Shown: positions 39,411-49,893, counted from the first letter of the stretch. The stretch is DNA of 64,000 nt from Pseudomonadota bacterium (GCA_039799965.1 JBDLRS010000011.1:1234-65233), one strand, 5' to 3'. Program-made: numbers and translations. The notes: generated from the letters alone by a model not told the origin.

Positions 39411-40628
39411 ATGGCTCTCGACGAAAAAACAAAGGGACTGATTGAGAAGACGGAAGCTCACGCGGCGCACAACTACGCGCCCCTTCCGATCGTTATTGAG
39501 TCCGCGAAAGGGGTCTGGGTCACCGATGTAGATGGGCACCGCTACCTTGATTTCCTCAGCGCCTATAGCGCGCTTAACTTCGGCCACTGCAACGAACGGA
39601 TTGCAAGGGTAGCGCACTCGCAGCTTGATAAGCTTACGTTGACCTCTCGAGCTTTTTATTCAGAGCAGTTCGCGCTTCTCGCTGAGGAGCTCGCGAAGTT
39701 CTGTCGTAAAGACAAGGTGCTCGTGATGAACTCAGGGGCTGAGGCGGTTGAGACCTCTATCAAGGCCGCTCGTCGGTGGGCGTATGACGTTAAAAAGATC
39801 CCTGAAGATAAGGCCGAGATAATAACCTGTGACGGAAACTTCCACGGCCGCACAACGACGATTGTGAGCTTCAGCACCTCAGAGGATAGTCGGCGAGCCT
39901 TTGGTCCCTACACCCCAGGATTCAAGAGCGTACCGTTCGGAGATGCCGATGCCGTTGAAGCGGCGATTACTCCTCACACCGCCGCGGTTATGGTCGAGCC
40001 TATTCAAGGAGAGGGGGGAGTCATCATCCCTCCCGATGGATATTTGGGAAAGGTGCGTGAGATCTGCACCCGCCACAACGTGCTCCTCATCGCGGATGAG
40101 ATACAGACCGGTATGTGCCGTACCGGAAAGATCTTCGCGTGCGATCACGAGAACGTCGATCCAGATATCGTCATCCTCGCTAAGTCCCTTGGAGGCGGTA
40201 TCGCTCCAATCTCCTGTATCGCCGCCAATGACTCCGTGATGCACGTGTTTAGTGCCGGTTCGCATGGCTCGACGATGGGTGGTAATCCGTTCGCGTGCGC
40301 TATCGCGAGAGAGGTGATTGCGATTGTCAACGAAGAGAAGCCGCACGAGCACGCCGCGGAGCTTGGAGAGTACGCGGTAAAACGATTGCAAGAAATTCGT
40401 TCGCCGATCGTCAAAGAGGTTCGAGGTCGTGGGCTCCTGATCGGTATCGACATCGACCCCTCGGCCGGTACGGCTAAAGATTTTTGTAAGAAGCTCAAGT
40501 ATGAGGGGCTCTTGTGTAAAGATACTCGTATGCAGACCCTTCGTGTCGCGCCACCACTCATTATCACCAAAGAGGAGCTTGATCTCGGATTGCAGAGATT
40601 TGAGAGGGTGTTGGGAGGAGGCGCATAG
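39411..40628 (+). CDS. rocD: ornithine--oxo-acid aminotransferase (class III PLP aminotransferase)
   Basis: 405 aa. Motifs include LLIADEIQTGMCRTGKIFA and LAKSLGGGIAPIS (Lys region). Confidence 0.75.
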   Translation: MALDEKTKGLIEKTEAHAAHNYAPLPIVIESAKGVWVTDVDGHRYLDFLSAYSALNFGHCNERIARVAHSQLDKLTLTSRAFYSEQFALLAEELAKFCRKDKVLVMNSGAEAVETSIKAARRWAYDVKKIPEDKAEIITCDGNFHGRTTTIVSFSTSEDSRRAFGPYTPGFKSVPFGDADAVEAAITPHTAAVMVEPIQGEGGVIIPPDGYLGKVREICTRHNVLLIADEIQTGMCRTGKIFACDHENVDPDIVILAKSLGGGIAPISCIAANDSVMHVFSAGSHGSTMGGNPFACAIAREVIAIVNEEKPHEHAAELGEYAVKRLQEIRSPIVKEVRGRGLLIGIDIDPSAGTAKDFCKKLKYEGLLCKDTRMQTLRVAPPLIITKEELDLGLQRFERVLGGGA

Positions 40629-40662
40629 TAGGATGATACCTTGCTCGATCCAGTGTACGGGA

Positions 40663-40711
40663 GGGCGACCGTCCTCGATCGCCGGAATTCATACCCGGAG
40701 GACGGTCGCCC
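40663..40711. terminator. long GC-rich hairpin (GGGCGACCGTCCTC...GAGGACGGTCGCCC), REP-like, 35 nt after rocD stop
   Basis: 14-bp stem with about 21-nt loop. Shares the GAGGGCGACCGTCCTC motif with 8172..8196. Confidence 0.4.
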
Positions 40712-40781
40712 CGTGATGTCGCGGCTACAATCAGGTTGCGCAGTAGCCCGTTGCGCATTAGCCCGTTGCGCAGTGGCCCCC

Positions 40782-41921
40782 CTACAAAATCCCCCGCAAC
40801 GCGCGATCATCTCGACACAACTTCCCGAACTCGTTCGCCAGGAAATCGGTGAGTGAGATATCTTCCGCGCGAATGAACCCGGACCTCTTGCCGATCGCCC
40901 CTGAGAGGAGGAGATCGATAGGGGCGCAAATTCCCGCGGCTGTCGTAATCTGAATGGCACTATAATGCTTGCCGGCCACGGTCTGGTTATACACACAACT
41001 CGCGTAGGTTTTCTGTGTCCTCACACCCTTCAGGATTCCCGATGCCTCAACAAAGATGATGCATTTATCCTGTCCCGTTGTGGGGATGCTCCTCTCGAAT
41101 ACCTGCTTCAGTCCGGCGCGATCGTTAATGAACTTAAGGTCGTGCAGAAGAAATGAAACGAGGTCTCTATGGCCGGGATACCGAATCGTTTTGTAGTTAA
41201 GGTCGCTCACCTTGCCGTGTAGAGCGTCCGCAAGGGTGCCGAGGCCTCCTGAGGTGTTAAACGCCTCGTACTCATCTCCGTCGAAGGAAAACTGCTCAAG
41301 ACCTTCGAGCGCGGGGACGGTAAGCTTAACCCCACTCTGAATTACTTCGCAGGGATTGCAGTACTCGTTGATTAACCCGTCGGTGGACCAGGTGAGATTG
41401 TACATCAACCGGTTAGTCGGATATATCGGAAGCGCTCCCACGCGAAGCTTGAGGGAGTCTACCGAATCTAACAATCCGACGAGGTGCGCGGCCGCGATAC
41501 TAATGAATCCAGGAGCGAGACCGCACTGCGGCATAAAGCACGAACGAGAATTCTGCGAGAGGTGCGCGATAAATTTTGAGGTCTCTACGTCCTCGGTAAG
41601 GTCAGCGTAGTGGATTCCCACGTCGTGAGCCGCTTGCGCCACGGCTCGGTTGCAAAAGAAGGGAAGGGCACTGACAACGATCTCGCAGTCCGCAAGGAGC
41701 TTGCGAAGAGCGCCCGAGTCGTTGAGGTTCACCAGGTGAGCCTCGCAACAACTCTTATCCAGAGCGGCAACCTCGGCCCGTTTCAGGTCGACGTCACATA
41801 CCTTGATCTTGTACCGTCCGGAGGCAGCGAACAGGGCAGTGATGGTCTCTCCAATTTTTCCTGCTCCGATCAGTGCAACAGTTCTCATAGCATTACCTCT
41901 GGTGGTGGCAGATATCTCCAA
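40782..41921 (-). CDS. saccharopine dehydrogenase family NAD(P)-dependent oxidoreductase
   Basis: Rossmann N-terminus MRTVALIGAGKIGETITALFAASG. The overall pattern is Sacchrp_dh_NADP/C. ATG at 41888 is more likely than the start at 41921. Confidence 0.6.
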   Translation of the reverse strand: MEISATTRGNAMRTVALIGAGKIGETITALFAASGRYKIKVCDVDLKRAEVAALDKSCCEAHLVNLNDSGALRKLLADCEIVVSALPFFCNRAVAQAAHDVGIHYADLTEDVETSKFIAHLSQNSRSCFMPQCGLAPGFISIAAAHLVGLLDSVDSLKLRVGALPIYPTNRLMYNLTWSTDGLINEYCNPCEVIQSGVKLTVPALEGLEQFSFDGDEYEAFNTSGGLGTLADALHGKVSDLNYKTIRYPGHRDLVSFLLHDLKFINDRAGLKQVFERSIPTTGQDKCIIFVEASGILKGVRTQKTYASCVYNQTVAGKHYSAIQITTAAGICAPIDLLLSGAIGKRSGFIRAEDISLTDFLANEFGKLCRDDRALRGIL

Positions 41922-41922
41922 G

Positions 41923-44202
41923 CTACGATCGGCTCATCGCGCGAGGTGACATGATCTCTGAGAGCGCGAGCTGCTCCTGCGCCACAGACAGAGGCAGCGC
42001 GTATTTTGAACGGGAGTGCTCGACGCATGCCTTCGCCGAATTCTCAGTGGTGGCAGCGTTCTGAACGTCGAGGGTATATCCCGAGAATGCCTCTAGCACC
42101 TCTCCGTCGATACTCATCTTCACATAAAACTCCCGAAGGGCAAGGTTGAGGAGATCTTCGGATCCGAATCGTGGTTTAAATTCCTGGGCTACGGTGGCGG
42201 CGTCATCAGCCCCTACTCGGAAGCACACCAGGTTCGCCACATTTCCAAAGATGGTCTCCTTGACGGTTTGCGGTAGTTGACCGAGGAACTGATTGGCGAA
42301 GGTGAGGCAGAGGCGGTACTTGCGCGACTCGCTGAGAATCTCTCCGAATGACGGAGTAGCGAAATTCTGGAACTCATCGACGTACACGTAAAAGTCCTGA
42401 CGAGACTCTACCGGAATATCAGCTCGTGACATCGCTGCTTCGTAGAGCTTCCAGATGATGAGGGACCCAAGCAGCGAGGCGTTCTCGGCACCAAGTACAC
42501 CCTTCGATATCTTGAAGATTACGATCTTGCGGGAGTCGATGAAGTCACGGAAGTCAAAGGTGTTTGTCGGCTGTCCGAGAATGTTTCGAATCATGTCCGT
42601 AGCGAGCAACTCATCTAAGCGATTGAGAAGTTGCGACACAGGCCCCTCCTCAAACTCTTGGCGCCGAGATGGAAACTCAACCTCCCAGAATCTTCGCACC
42701 GATTCATCGGTGCTTCGGGATACGACCTCTCTGCGGAACTCGTCGTCTGAGAGAAGTCGACGGAGCGAGACGATACTAGCGCCCGGGATGTTCAGGAGCG
42801 CGTTGATGGCGTAGCGCAGGATATGGTCCATCTTTTCCGACCACCCATCGCCGAAAACCCGCTTAAAGGTATCGAGGAAGCTGAGCATGACTCGAACTTT
42901 GAGGTCCGGTCTGATAGGAATCATCGGGTTGAAGCTCGGCGGGTGCTCCAGATCGCTCGGATCGAAGATGACGACATCCTTGAGTCGGTGTTTAGGGATC
43001 GTCTTTAATATCTCGTCAGAGAGGTCCCCGTGAGGATCGAGCACCGCGCAGCCGAAGCCGTTATCGATATCAGCCTTGATGAGAAGTTGAAGGAAACACG
43101 ACTTCCCGTTTCCGGATTTTCCGAGAGCGTAGAGATGGCGGCGTCGATCGAATCGGCGAAAGCCAAACGGGGTCGTCTGATCGCGATAGTTAGTGACGCC
43201 AAAAAAACTTATCTGAGGATCGTTTGGAGTGGATGGCAGGGTTCGCGGTGGCGGCGCTTTGCGGGAGAGCACGAGAGCTGTATTGGGAAGCGTCCCGGCG
43301 GACGGAGGGTGCCACAGGGTTGAGAGTTCAATCGCCGATACCATGAAGGGGCTATTGAATCTTCGTTGCTGCATGAGCTTAATCACGGAGGGCCCATACC
43401 GAAGCGGTCGGGTTCGAAGCCGATTCTCATCCGCCGTATTGAGATACTTCACCGCGTGGGTGGCCGCTCGTACATGGAGGGCGAGGCGGGATTGGAGTGA
43501 AGCTGCGTCTTTCTTTGATGCGTTCTTAGGAAGGTCGGCGAACGCCGTAACGCGATAGTTGATCTTGAAGAGGCGAGAGAGGCACTTCTCTTTGACAAGT
43601 TTTATGCTCTGGTTGGCGATATCCTTCTTAAGCCACGTTCGCGTCCTGAAGAGGCGGCAGAACTGCTCGATCTTTCGGAGCGCGCCTAACTTCGCATGAA
43701 GTAACGGGGTGTCGCGAAGTGGTCGAACAACAACCTGGACCAGGACGTTCTCGAACTCGGAGATTCGCGACAGGGTAGTAACGACAGGAGCCATACTATC
43801 CCACGCGAACGCCCGGAAGTTCTGAAGCGGATAAATGTCCGGCCACTCCAGGTCGAGATCCGCGCCAACCGCGACGGTTTGGTCATTTATCTCTGTGGTG
43901 TAGTCGTCAATGTACTCAATTTCAACGTCAGCCCACCAACCGTATATCGCTTTGGTAATAAGTTGCAGCGTTTCCTCTTCAGCGGCGATACAGATGTAGA
44001 CGATCGTTCCCTTTGCGTACAACTCAAGGGAGAAAGGTTCGGTCGTTTGCTCAGCGATATCGTTGAGCTGAGTAAAAAAGAAGTTGGACGTAACCAATGC
44101 CCACTTGGTCATCCTCATAGCATCGCCAATCGTCATCATGGCTCTCGGGACGTGGATCAGGGCTACGCGCATGGTGGGAGGTATCTCAAGGGATATAAAC
44201 AA
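41923..44202 (-). CDS. soluble P-loop NTPase of the TrwB/TraD/VirD4 coupling-protein-like (AAA_10/DUF87) family
   Basis: 759 aa with no TM segment. Walker A LYALGKSGNGKSCFL is followed by VLDPHGDL. Walker B DFYVYVDEFQNF. Distal LTFANQFLGQL. The unknown N-terminal ~330-aa domain is not conserved with any family I can name. Confidence 0.5.
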   Translation of the reverse strand: MFISLEIPPTMRVALIHVPRAMMTIGDAMRMTKWALVTSNFFFTQLNDIAEQTTEPFSLELYAKGTIVYICIAAEEETLQLITKAIYGWWADVEIEYIDDYTTEINDQTVAVGADLDLEWPDIYPLQNFRAFAWDSMAPVVTTLSRISEFENVLVQVVVRPLRDTPLLHAKLGALRKIEQFCRLFRTRTWLKKDIANQSIKLVKEKCLSRLFKINYRVTAFADLPKNASKKDAASLQSRLALHVRAATHAVKYLNTADENRLRTRPLRYGPSVIKLMQQRRFNSPFMVSAIELSTLWHPPSAGTLPNTALVLSRKAPPPRTLPSTPNDPQISFFGVTNYRDQTTPFGFRRFDRRRHLYALGKSGNGKSCFLQLLIKADIDNGFGCAVLDPHGDLSDEILKTIPKHRLKDVVIFDPSDLEHPPSFNPMIPIRPDLKVRVMLSFLDTFKRVFGDGWSEKMDHILRYAINALLNIPGASIVSLRRLLSDDEFRREVVSRSTDESVRRFWEVEFPSRRQEFEEGPVSQLLNRLDELLATDMIRNILGQPTNTFDFRDFIDSRKIVIFKISKGVLGAENASLLGSLIIWKLYEAAMSRADIPVESRQDFYVYVDEFQNFATPSFGEILSESRKYRLCLTFANQFLGQLPQTVKETIFGNVANLVCFRVGADDAATVAQEFKPRFGSEDLLNLALREFYVKMSIDGEVLEAFSGYTLDVQNAATTENSAKACVEHSRSKYALPLSVAQEQLALSEIMSPRAMSRS

Positions 44203-44262
44203 CTAGCATTAGTCTACCCCCAATTGAGAGGCTATTGAAGAGGTCTCTTTGAACCACGGGCT

Positions 44263-44451
44263 TGAGCAGGGTGGTGAAAAATGGTTCCGTCGTGAGCATT
44301 TTGAGAGTTTTGACGAAACGAGGCGGAGACGACGAAAAAACCGGAGGCGTATCCACTGAGATACGTTGAGGATTTTTTCGGCGGCTCCAACAAAGTTGCA
44401 GTCAAACTATCGAAATGCGCAACAGGAAATCATTTTTCACCACCCTGTTAG
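44263..44451. mobile_element. 181-bp MITE-like element, copy 3 (core 44267..44447), flanks TGAG/TTAG
   Basis: Same TIRs (right end CACCACCCTG). Lies in the divergent upstream region of the T4CP-like ATPase and the coiled-coil gene. Confidence 0.75.
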
Positions 44452-44499
44452 TAAATACCTCTCTACCCCGCCTCGAGCGACCAGTGCTACTATCTCCCC

Positions 44500-45159
44500 A
44501 TGGACGACCTTTTCCTCATTCCGGCCCTCCTTGTCTCGGTGACCGTGCCGTTGGCAGGACTACTGGTAGGCAAGCGGCTAAGCGGGGGAGACTCTGATCA
44601 AGAGATCTCAAGAATCCGAGAGGAAGCGAGGGTGCTTGAAACAAAGATCATAGATCTTCTCGCCGGCGAGGAGCAGATGATCTCAAAGAAGCAACTCGCG
44701 GCCATTCAGAGAAAGGCCACCGAGTATCGGTCGACGGTAGAGTCGCAACGGAAGGCCCGGGTCGAGCTTGAGCAAAAGCTTACGAGCGCGCACGCCGATG
44801 TGATAGCAAGAGAGGCGGCTCACCAGGAGATGAAGGCGGAGAAGCAGGACGATGAGGTCGCACTCCAGTCAGTCATGTCTAATTACAGTGATATATCCAC
44901 CGAATCCGTGTCACTTGAGCGCAGGCTCGCGGAATCACTCAAAACTATCGACAAGATGTCGACCGAGATCTCGATGACTGAGGATCAACGGGCTGTATTC
45001 GAGGCGCTCTCAAACGCGCTAACGAACGCGAGTGCCCAACTCCGTGACGTAATAGTCGCCCATCAAAACGTCTACGAACGACTTGAGGGGTTGCGCTCTC
45101 AGTATACCGATCTCGAAGCTGAATACATCAAGCTTGTAGAGCTCCAGTTAGAGTCCTAA
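44500..45159 (+). CDS. membrane-anchored coiled-coil protein
   Basis: N-terminal TM helix (LFLIPALLVSVTVPLAGLLVG), then about 190 aa of heptad-rich charged sequence. Confidence 0.4.
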   Translation: MDDLFLIPALLVSVTVPLAGLLVGKRLSGGDSDQEISRIREEARVLETKIIDLLAGEEQMISKKQLAAIQRKATEYRSTVESQRKARVELEQKLTSAHADVIAREAAHQEMKAEKQDDEVALQSVMSNYSDISTESVSLERRLAESLKTIDKMSTEISMTEDQRAVFEALSNALTNASAQLRDVIVAHQNVYERLEGLRSQYTDLEAEYIKLVELQLES

Positions 45160-45161
45160 CA

Positions 45162-45962
45162 TCACAACATATCGTCGAGAACCTTTCCGAGGTGCTCCAA
45201 GGAAGCTGTTCGGACCGACTCATCCACTAAGGTGAACACCTCCTGAATGATGAAGGGGTCCCTGCAGTGCCATACAAGTCCAGATCGACTAACCGTCATA
45301 GTATACGAGGTGCTAATGTCCTTCTTCATGCAGGCGACAGTAACGGTGAGGTTGTTAATCTCGGTGCGATATCCTTTAACTCCGACATCCCCCTCAACGA
45401 TCTGCCAATCGCCCGCGGTGGTTTCTCCGATAGCCTCTTTGATATTTGCGGTGAGACGAGCCACCGAATCGTTGAAATCTCGACGGAGGCTCTCACGGTA
45501 CTGCTTCACAATCAGCTCAATCTCAAGATAGAGCTGCTCCGCGACATCTCCCTCAGCGAGCACCTGCGGGGTCTTTTCGATTCCCCCTGCGCCACGAAAC
45601 GCCGGGTCGAGAAGCGCCTTTGGAGACCAGCCCCGACCTCGCAGCTCAATTAAGAACCGGGAGGGACCCGCTACGCTTAAACTGTATCCCCCGCCGAAGA
45701 AATTATTGGAGACGGGGGTGGACGACCTCAACACGAGCGTTCCGCTTTTTGTGTCTGTGAAGAATACCTGTTCCCAAGTCTCATGAGAGCGCGGAAACCG
45801 CCGATTCGGATCAAGCGGCTCGCCACCCTGCTCCCACCGTTCAGGGGCGGTATTCGCAAGTGTATTGCGAATCTTATCAAGGAGCGACGCAGGCCCCTTC
45901 ACTGGATGAGCAGTTACGCCCTCGGTCTGGCCTGCTCCCGGATATCTTTTCTCATCGTTCAT
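45162..45962 (-). CDS. hypothetical protein
   Basis: 266-aa ORF convergent with the coiled-coil gene (3-nt gap). No recognisable motif. Confidence 0.35.
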   Translation of the reverse strand: MNDEKRYPGAGQTEGVTAHPVKGPASLLDKIRNTLANTAPERWEQGGEPLDPNRRFPRSHETWEQVFFTDTKSGTLVLRSSTPVSNNFFGGGYSLSVAGPSRFLIELRGRGWSPKALLDPAFRGAGGIEKTPQVLAEGDVAEQLYLEIELIVKQYRESLRRDFNDSVARLTANIKEAIGETTAGDWQIVEGDVGVKGYRTEINNLTVTVACMKKDISTSYTMTVSRSGLVWHCRDPFIIQEVFTLVDESVRTASLEHLGKVLDDML

Positions 45963-46099
45963 GGGAAATCCTACTCCTCATTGTAATGCTCGTTACGACT
46001 AAGTTCAACGAATACCCCACCAAGGCGCTGTCGCAACGCTAGGTTATGACCTCTCGGGCGCTGCAGTAGCGTCTCCCCCGTTTGCTAGCTCCGACCCCC

Positions 46100-48742
46100 C
46101 TACACAGCGTCCCGCTCCGGGTGTGGCGCCAGAACCTCGCGAGGCTTAACACCATCCATCTTTCCAACAACCCCCTCCCGCTCCATCATCTCAATAATTC
46201 GAGCGGCCCGGTTATAACCGATGCGAAAGGTTCGTTGGATCATCGAAGTTGATGCCTGTCCCTTTTCTAGAACAAGTTCAACGGCTTTGTCATAAAAAGG
46301 ATCGAACTCCTCGCCCTCTCCTCCCTCGCCGTTACCATCTTGACCGCCAGAGCTACTCTCCTCAGCGAGAGCCTTCTCACAGGCAGCGATAATCGCCTCG
46401 TCGTACTGAGGCTGACACTGAGACTTTAGCGAGGTCACAACCTTCTGAACTTCGTGGTCCGACACAAACGCTCCGTGCACACGCTTCAATGGCACTGCGC
46501 CTGGTAACATAAAGAGCATATCTCCCTTGCCGAGAAGCTTCTCCGCTCCCATCGAATCAAGGATCGTTCGAGAGTCGATACGGCTCGTTACCCGGAATGA
46601 GAGACGAGCCGGAAAGTTCGCCTTAATGAGGCCGGTGATAACATCTACCGAGGGACGCTGGGTAGCAACAATAAGGTGAATACCAGCGGCTCGGGCCTTT
46701 TGCGCAAGCCTCGTTATGAGCTCCTCGATCTCCCGTCCCACCGTCAACATCAGGTCCGCGAGCTCGTCGATGACAATTATCAATTTGGGCATCGGGCGAA
46801 GCTGCTCCGGAGCTGTCGGTTCAACGGTGGGATGCCTCTCGCCCTCCCCTAAAGCGCTACCCTCCTTCGCCTCGACAGGTTGCTGCGCGAAGAGCTCCGT
46901 TTGAGCCATCGAGGGGTGGTCCCCGGACACGATCTGGTTATATCCATCGATATTGCGAACGCCGAACTTCTGCATATATCGGTAGCGGCGCTCCATCTCC
47001 TTGACGGCCCATCCCAGGACGGCCTTCGCCTGACGAGCGTCGGTTACCACCGGCACCCGTAGATGCGGAATGCCATCGTAGATACTGAGCTCAAGCACCT
47101 TCGGATCGATCAGGATCAATCCCAGCTCTGCCGGATGCGCTCGATAGAGCAGACTCAAGAGGATCGCGTTAATAGAAACCGACTTACCAGTACCGGTAGC
47201 TCCCGCCATGAGAAGATGCGGCATCGACGCGACATCAACAACCACCGCCTCGCCGTAGGTGTCCTTCCCAAGGGGCACACTCAGGATAGATTCGCTCTGT
47301 CTCAACAATTCACTCTCCAGACAGTCGCGAAGCCGCACAACCGCGCGATGCTTATTCGGAACCTCTATGCCCACCGTTCCCCGCTTAGGAATTGGAGCAA
47401 TGATACGGATGCTGCTGGCACGGAGACTCATGGCGAGGTCATCCTGCAAAGCGGCGATCCTTCCCACCTTGACACCCGCCGCCGGCTCAAATTCGAAGAG
47501 GGTAATAACGGGACCTGGATGCACCTGAGTTACTCGACCGGCGATATTGAAATCACGCAACTTGGACTCGATCTGCTCCGCTTTCTCACGAAGCTCTTCA
47601 TCGTCATCTCCCAGCTCCTGCTCCTCCTCTTGCGTGAGTAGCTTAAGGTCTGGGGCAACATAATCATCGAAGGCTGGCGGCGGTGTCTCTCCCTCTCGCT
47701 CAACAACCTTCCTCTTTTTTTCAGGAGCAACACGCAGCGGTTTAGGGTGCGGCGAAGGCTCAGCAGCCTTAGGTTTCACGATAATAGGATCGGCTCGTTC
47801 ATGCACGGGTTCACTTGGCGCGCTCTTCTCGACCACCAACGGCCGCCCATCATCCTCCCCTTCAGCGACCACCTCGGCACCATCATTACCGAGCGTCCAG
47901 CCCTCATCCTCTGCGACCTCCTCCTCGTCCTCAACAACCTCATCGGAGGGAGTTTGATTCTTTCGGAGCTTAGGCTTTGGAGTTGGAGCGTCCCCCTCGT
48001 CCTCCCCCTCGTAAGGACCGGACGCAAAGAACAACTTACCGACCACGGGCACCATCAGCTTAAGGAGCGCCGCAAGCAGCCCGACGACAATCAAACCTCC
48101 CCTTGCGATTATGATCGGAAACTCCACGCACAGCAGGGTCAGCCCCGCGCGAACGAGCCACCGAACCCCCGAAGCGATATCGCCAAGGGATCGTTGTAAA
48201 ACAACCGCACAACAGATTGCGCACATAAGCGCCGTGGCAACGAACGTTCCACCGACACCAAGGTGACCTTGACCGAAGGTGGCGATCGTCGCCCCTATCG
48301 AGCCTGCCCACGAAGGGGTAAGAACCGCCGCGACCAAAGCTGATACACAGAAAACGAGGGCGATTCCGGCGCCGACAACCACGGCGGGAGAATAGAGACG
48401 TGGTCGATCATCCTCCGACTTCATCGTTCGGAAGAACGCGAGCCACATCAAGCCGGCAACCGGTAACAGCGCAACGGCCCCCAAACTCCCCACCAGCAAG
48501 GTCGCTATAATGTGCCCCGCAGGCCCCATGATGTTGCGAGATGGAGTGGGTTGCTGCCCCTGATATACGTAGGAGAGGATGCTTGATAGAAGAAAAAGCC
48601 CACTTGCCAGAAGCAGGAGGGAGACAAAGTCACGAACCCAGCCGCGCGGCCTCAGAGGAGCCTTCGCTGCGGCGGCTCCCACCTTGGCTGACTTTTGAGT
48701 TTTGGCACGGCCCGTGGTCCGTCGCTTCTGTGGTGCTGTCAT
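46100..48742 (-). CDS. ftsK: DNA translocase FtsK
   Basis: N-terminal polytopic domain, acidic linker, motor domain with Walker A GATGTGKS and Walker B IIVIDELAD, and C-terminal gamma (wHTH) domain. ATG at 48742 preferred. Confidence 0.9.
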   Translation of the reverse strand: MTAPQKRRTTGRAKTQKSAKVGAAAAKAPLRPRGWVRDFVSLLLLASGLFLLSSILSYVYQGQQPTPSRNIMGPAGHIIATLLVGSLGAVALLPVAGLMWLAFFRTMKSEDDRPRLYSPAVVVGAGIALVFCVSALVAAVLTPSWAGSIGATIATFGQGHLGVGGTFVATALMCAICCAVVLQRSLGDIASGVRWLVRAGLTLLCVEFPIIIARGGLIVVGLLAALLKLMVPVVGKLFFASGPYEGEDEGDAPTPKPKLRKNQTPSDEVVEDEEEVAEDEGWTLGNDGAEVVAEGEDDGRPLVVEKSAPSEPVHERADPIIVKPKAAEPSPHPKPLRVAPEKKRKVVEREGETPPPAFDDYVAPDLKLLTQEEEQELGDDDEELREKAEQIESKLRDFNIAGRVTQVHPGPVITLFEFEPAAGVKVGRIAALQDDLAMSLRASSIRIIAPIPKRGTVGIEVPNKHRAVVRLRDCLESELLRQSESILSVPLGKDTYGEAVVVDVASMPHLLMAGATGTGKSVSINAILLSLLYRAHPAELGLILIDPKVLELSIYDGIPHLRVPVVTDARQAKAVLGWAVKEMERRYRYMQKFGVRNIDGYNQIVSGDHPSMAQTELFAQQPVEAKEGSALGEGERHPTVEPTAPEQLRPMPKLIIVIDELADLMLTVGREIEELITRLAQKARAAGIHLIVATQRPSVDVITGLIKANFPARLSFRVTSRIDSRTILDSMGAEKLLGKGDMLFMLPGAVPLKRVHGAFVSDHEVQKVVTSLKSQCQPQYDEAIIAACEKALAEESSSGGQDGNGEGGEGEEFDPFYDKAVELVLEKGQASTSMIQRTFRIGYNRAARIIEMMEREGVVGKMDGVKPREVLAPHPERDAV

Positions 48743-48862
48743 GGTAACTGCTCTAGCATGAGGAATAAGCAAACACGGCTTAATCGTACCACTAAGATGC
48801 AGCTCTACCCAGAGGGAATCTGCGACAAACAGAACATCTTTTTAGGCATGCTGGTGCGGTTA

Positions 48863-49519
48863 CTACTTGCCAAATCGCTCGGTTTGAAACTGAAGGTCAC
48901 GCCGACTATTCAGGTCCTGCAGTGATTGTGTGACCCCCCGCCGAAAGATCTCCTGTGCGGTTATCCAGCCAGCCCCACTCCCATCACGTCCGAGACGATC
49001 CCGAAGCTTGAGCCAGTTCTCGGCCATCCCCTCCTGCTGATACGCGTACTGCGCCTGCCACACTGGCTGCGAACTATTGCCTGTGTAGACCGCCATCCTC
49101 AAGGCCACTCGCGCCGGAGTTCCTCCCACCGCGGACCCTCGTAATTCATCCATTGTGAGGATCTCGGTCTTCAAGACACTATCGGCCGCGCCGCCCCCCT
49201 TGGTTCCATCAACTATTTTCATCGAGAGGGTCTCATCAGCGACCTCTCGAACTATCGAGAACAACCCATCCTCCGAGGTGACCGATTGGGTGATACCGAC
49301 AAACACCGGCTTTTCAATCCTCAGGGAGTTGACAGAGAGAAGTCGCTTAGGGTCTCCCACCTGAGCTGCAAGAGGAGAAACAACGATGCCTCTGTCGGGA
49401 GAGGAAGAGCCCGCCGTTTGCCGACGGCCCTTTGAGACGCATCCGGAGAGCACCAAAACGAGAGCACTTAGCAGGGTGCAACCCATCCGCAAAGAACCAC
49501 TCACTCGCCCCGATCTCAT
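48863..49519 (-). CDS. hypothetical lipoprotein
   Basis: Internal ATG gives MRSGRVSGSLRMGCTLLSALVLVLSGC with lipobox LSGC. The upstream part of the track ORF is judged spurious. Confidence 0.4.
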   Translation of the reverse strand: MRSGRVSGSLRMGCTLLSALVLVLSGCVSKGRRQTAGSSSPDRGIVVSPLAAQVGDPKRLLSVNSLRIEKPVFVGITQSVTSEDGLFSIVREVADETLSMKIVDGTKGGGAADSVLKTEILTMDELRGSAVGGTPARVALRMAVYTGNSSQPVWQAQYAYQQEGMAENWLKLRDRLGRDGSGAGWITAQEIFRRGVTQSLQDLNSRRDLQFQTERFGK

Positions 49520-49893
49520 AACCACACCGCTCCTTATCAGCCCTAATCCCCGCACAATATCCACCCAACGCCGAAGCGTCCAGTTACGAGGACGATACCC
49601 CACATTACCGAGCTTCGACACCTCAAAACACGCGCGGAAAGTCAAGCAATCAAACTCAAAAATCATCGAATCGTTTGCGCAGGGGAAACAATCATAAGGC
49701 GCAGAGATTGCGTGTGAATCGAGTGGTATATGCGCATCCTCATACCCACCCGACGGTGCGTAGAGGCGATATACTTCACCCGAGGTTCCCTCTTGATCTC
49801 ACAAGGGAAACTGCTTTACCCTTCCCCACAAATACGAAACAGAACACGGGCTTGCTCTCGCAAAACGCAGCTCTTTACTTGGAAAGATGTACT

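Noticed and set aside
39261-39617. 118-aa minus ORF
   Set aside because: It begins inside MITE copy 2 and runs antisense into the rocD 5' region. It is spurious.
46716-48199. Plus-strand ORFs (47063-47641, 47747-48199 and others)
   Set aside because: They are antisense to ftsK.
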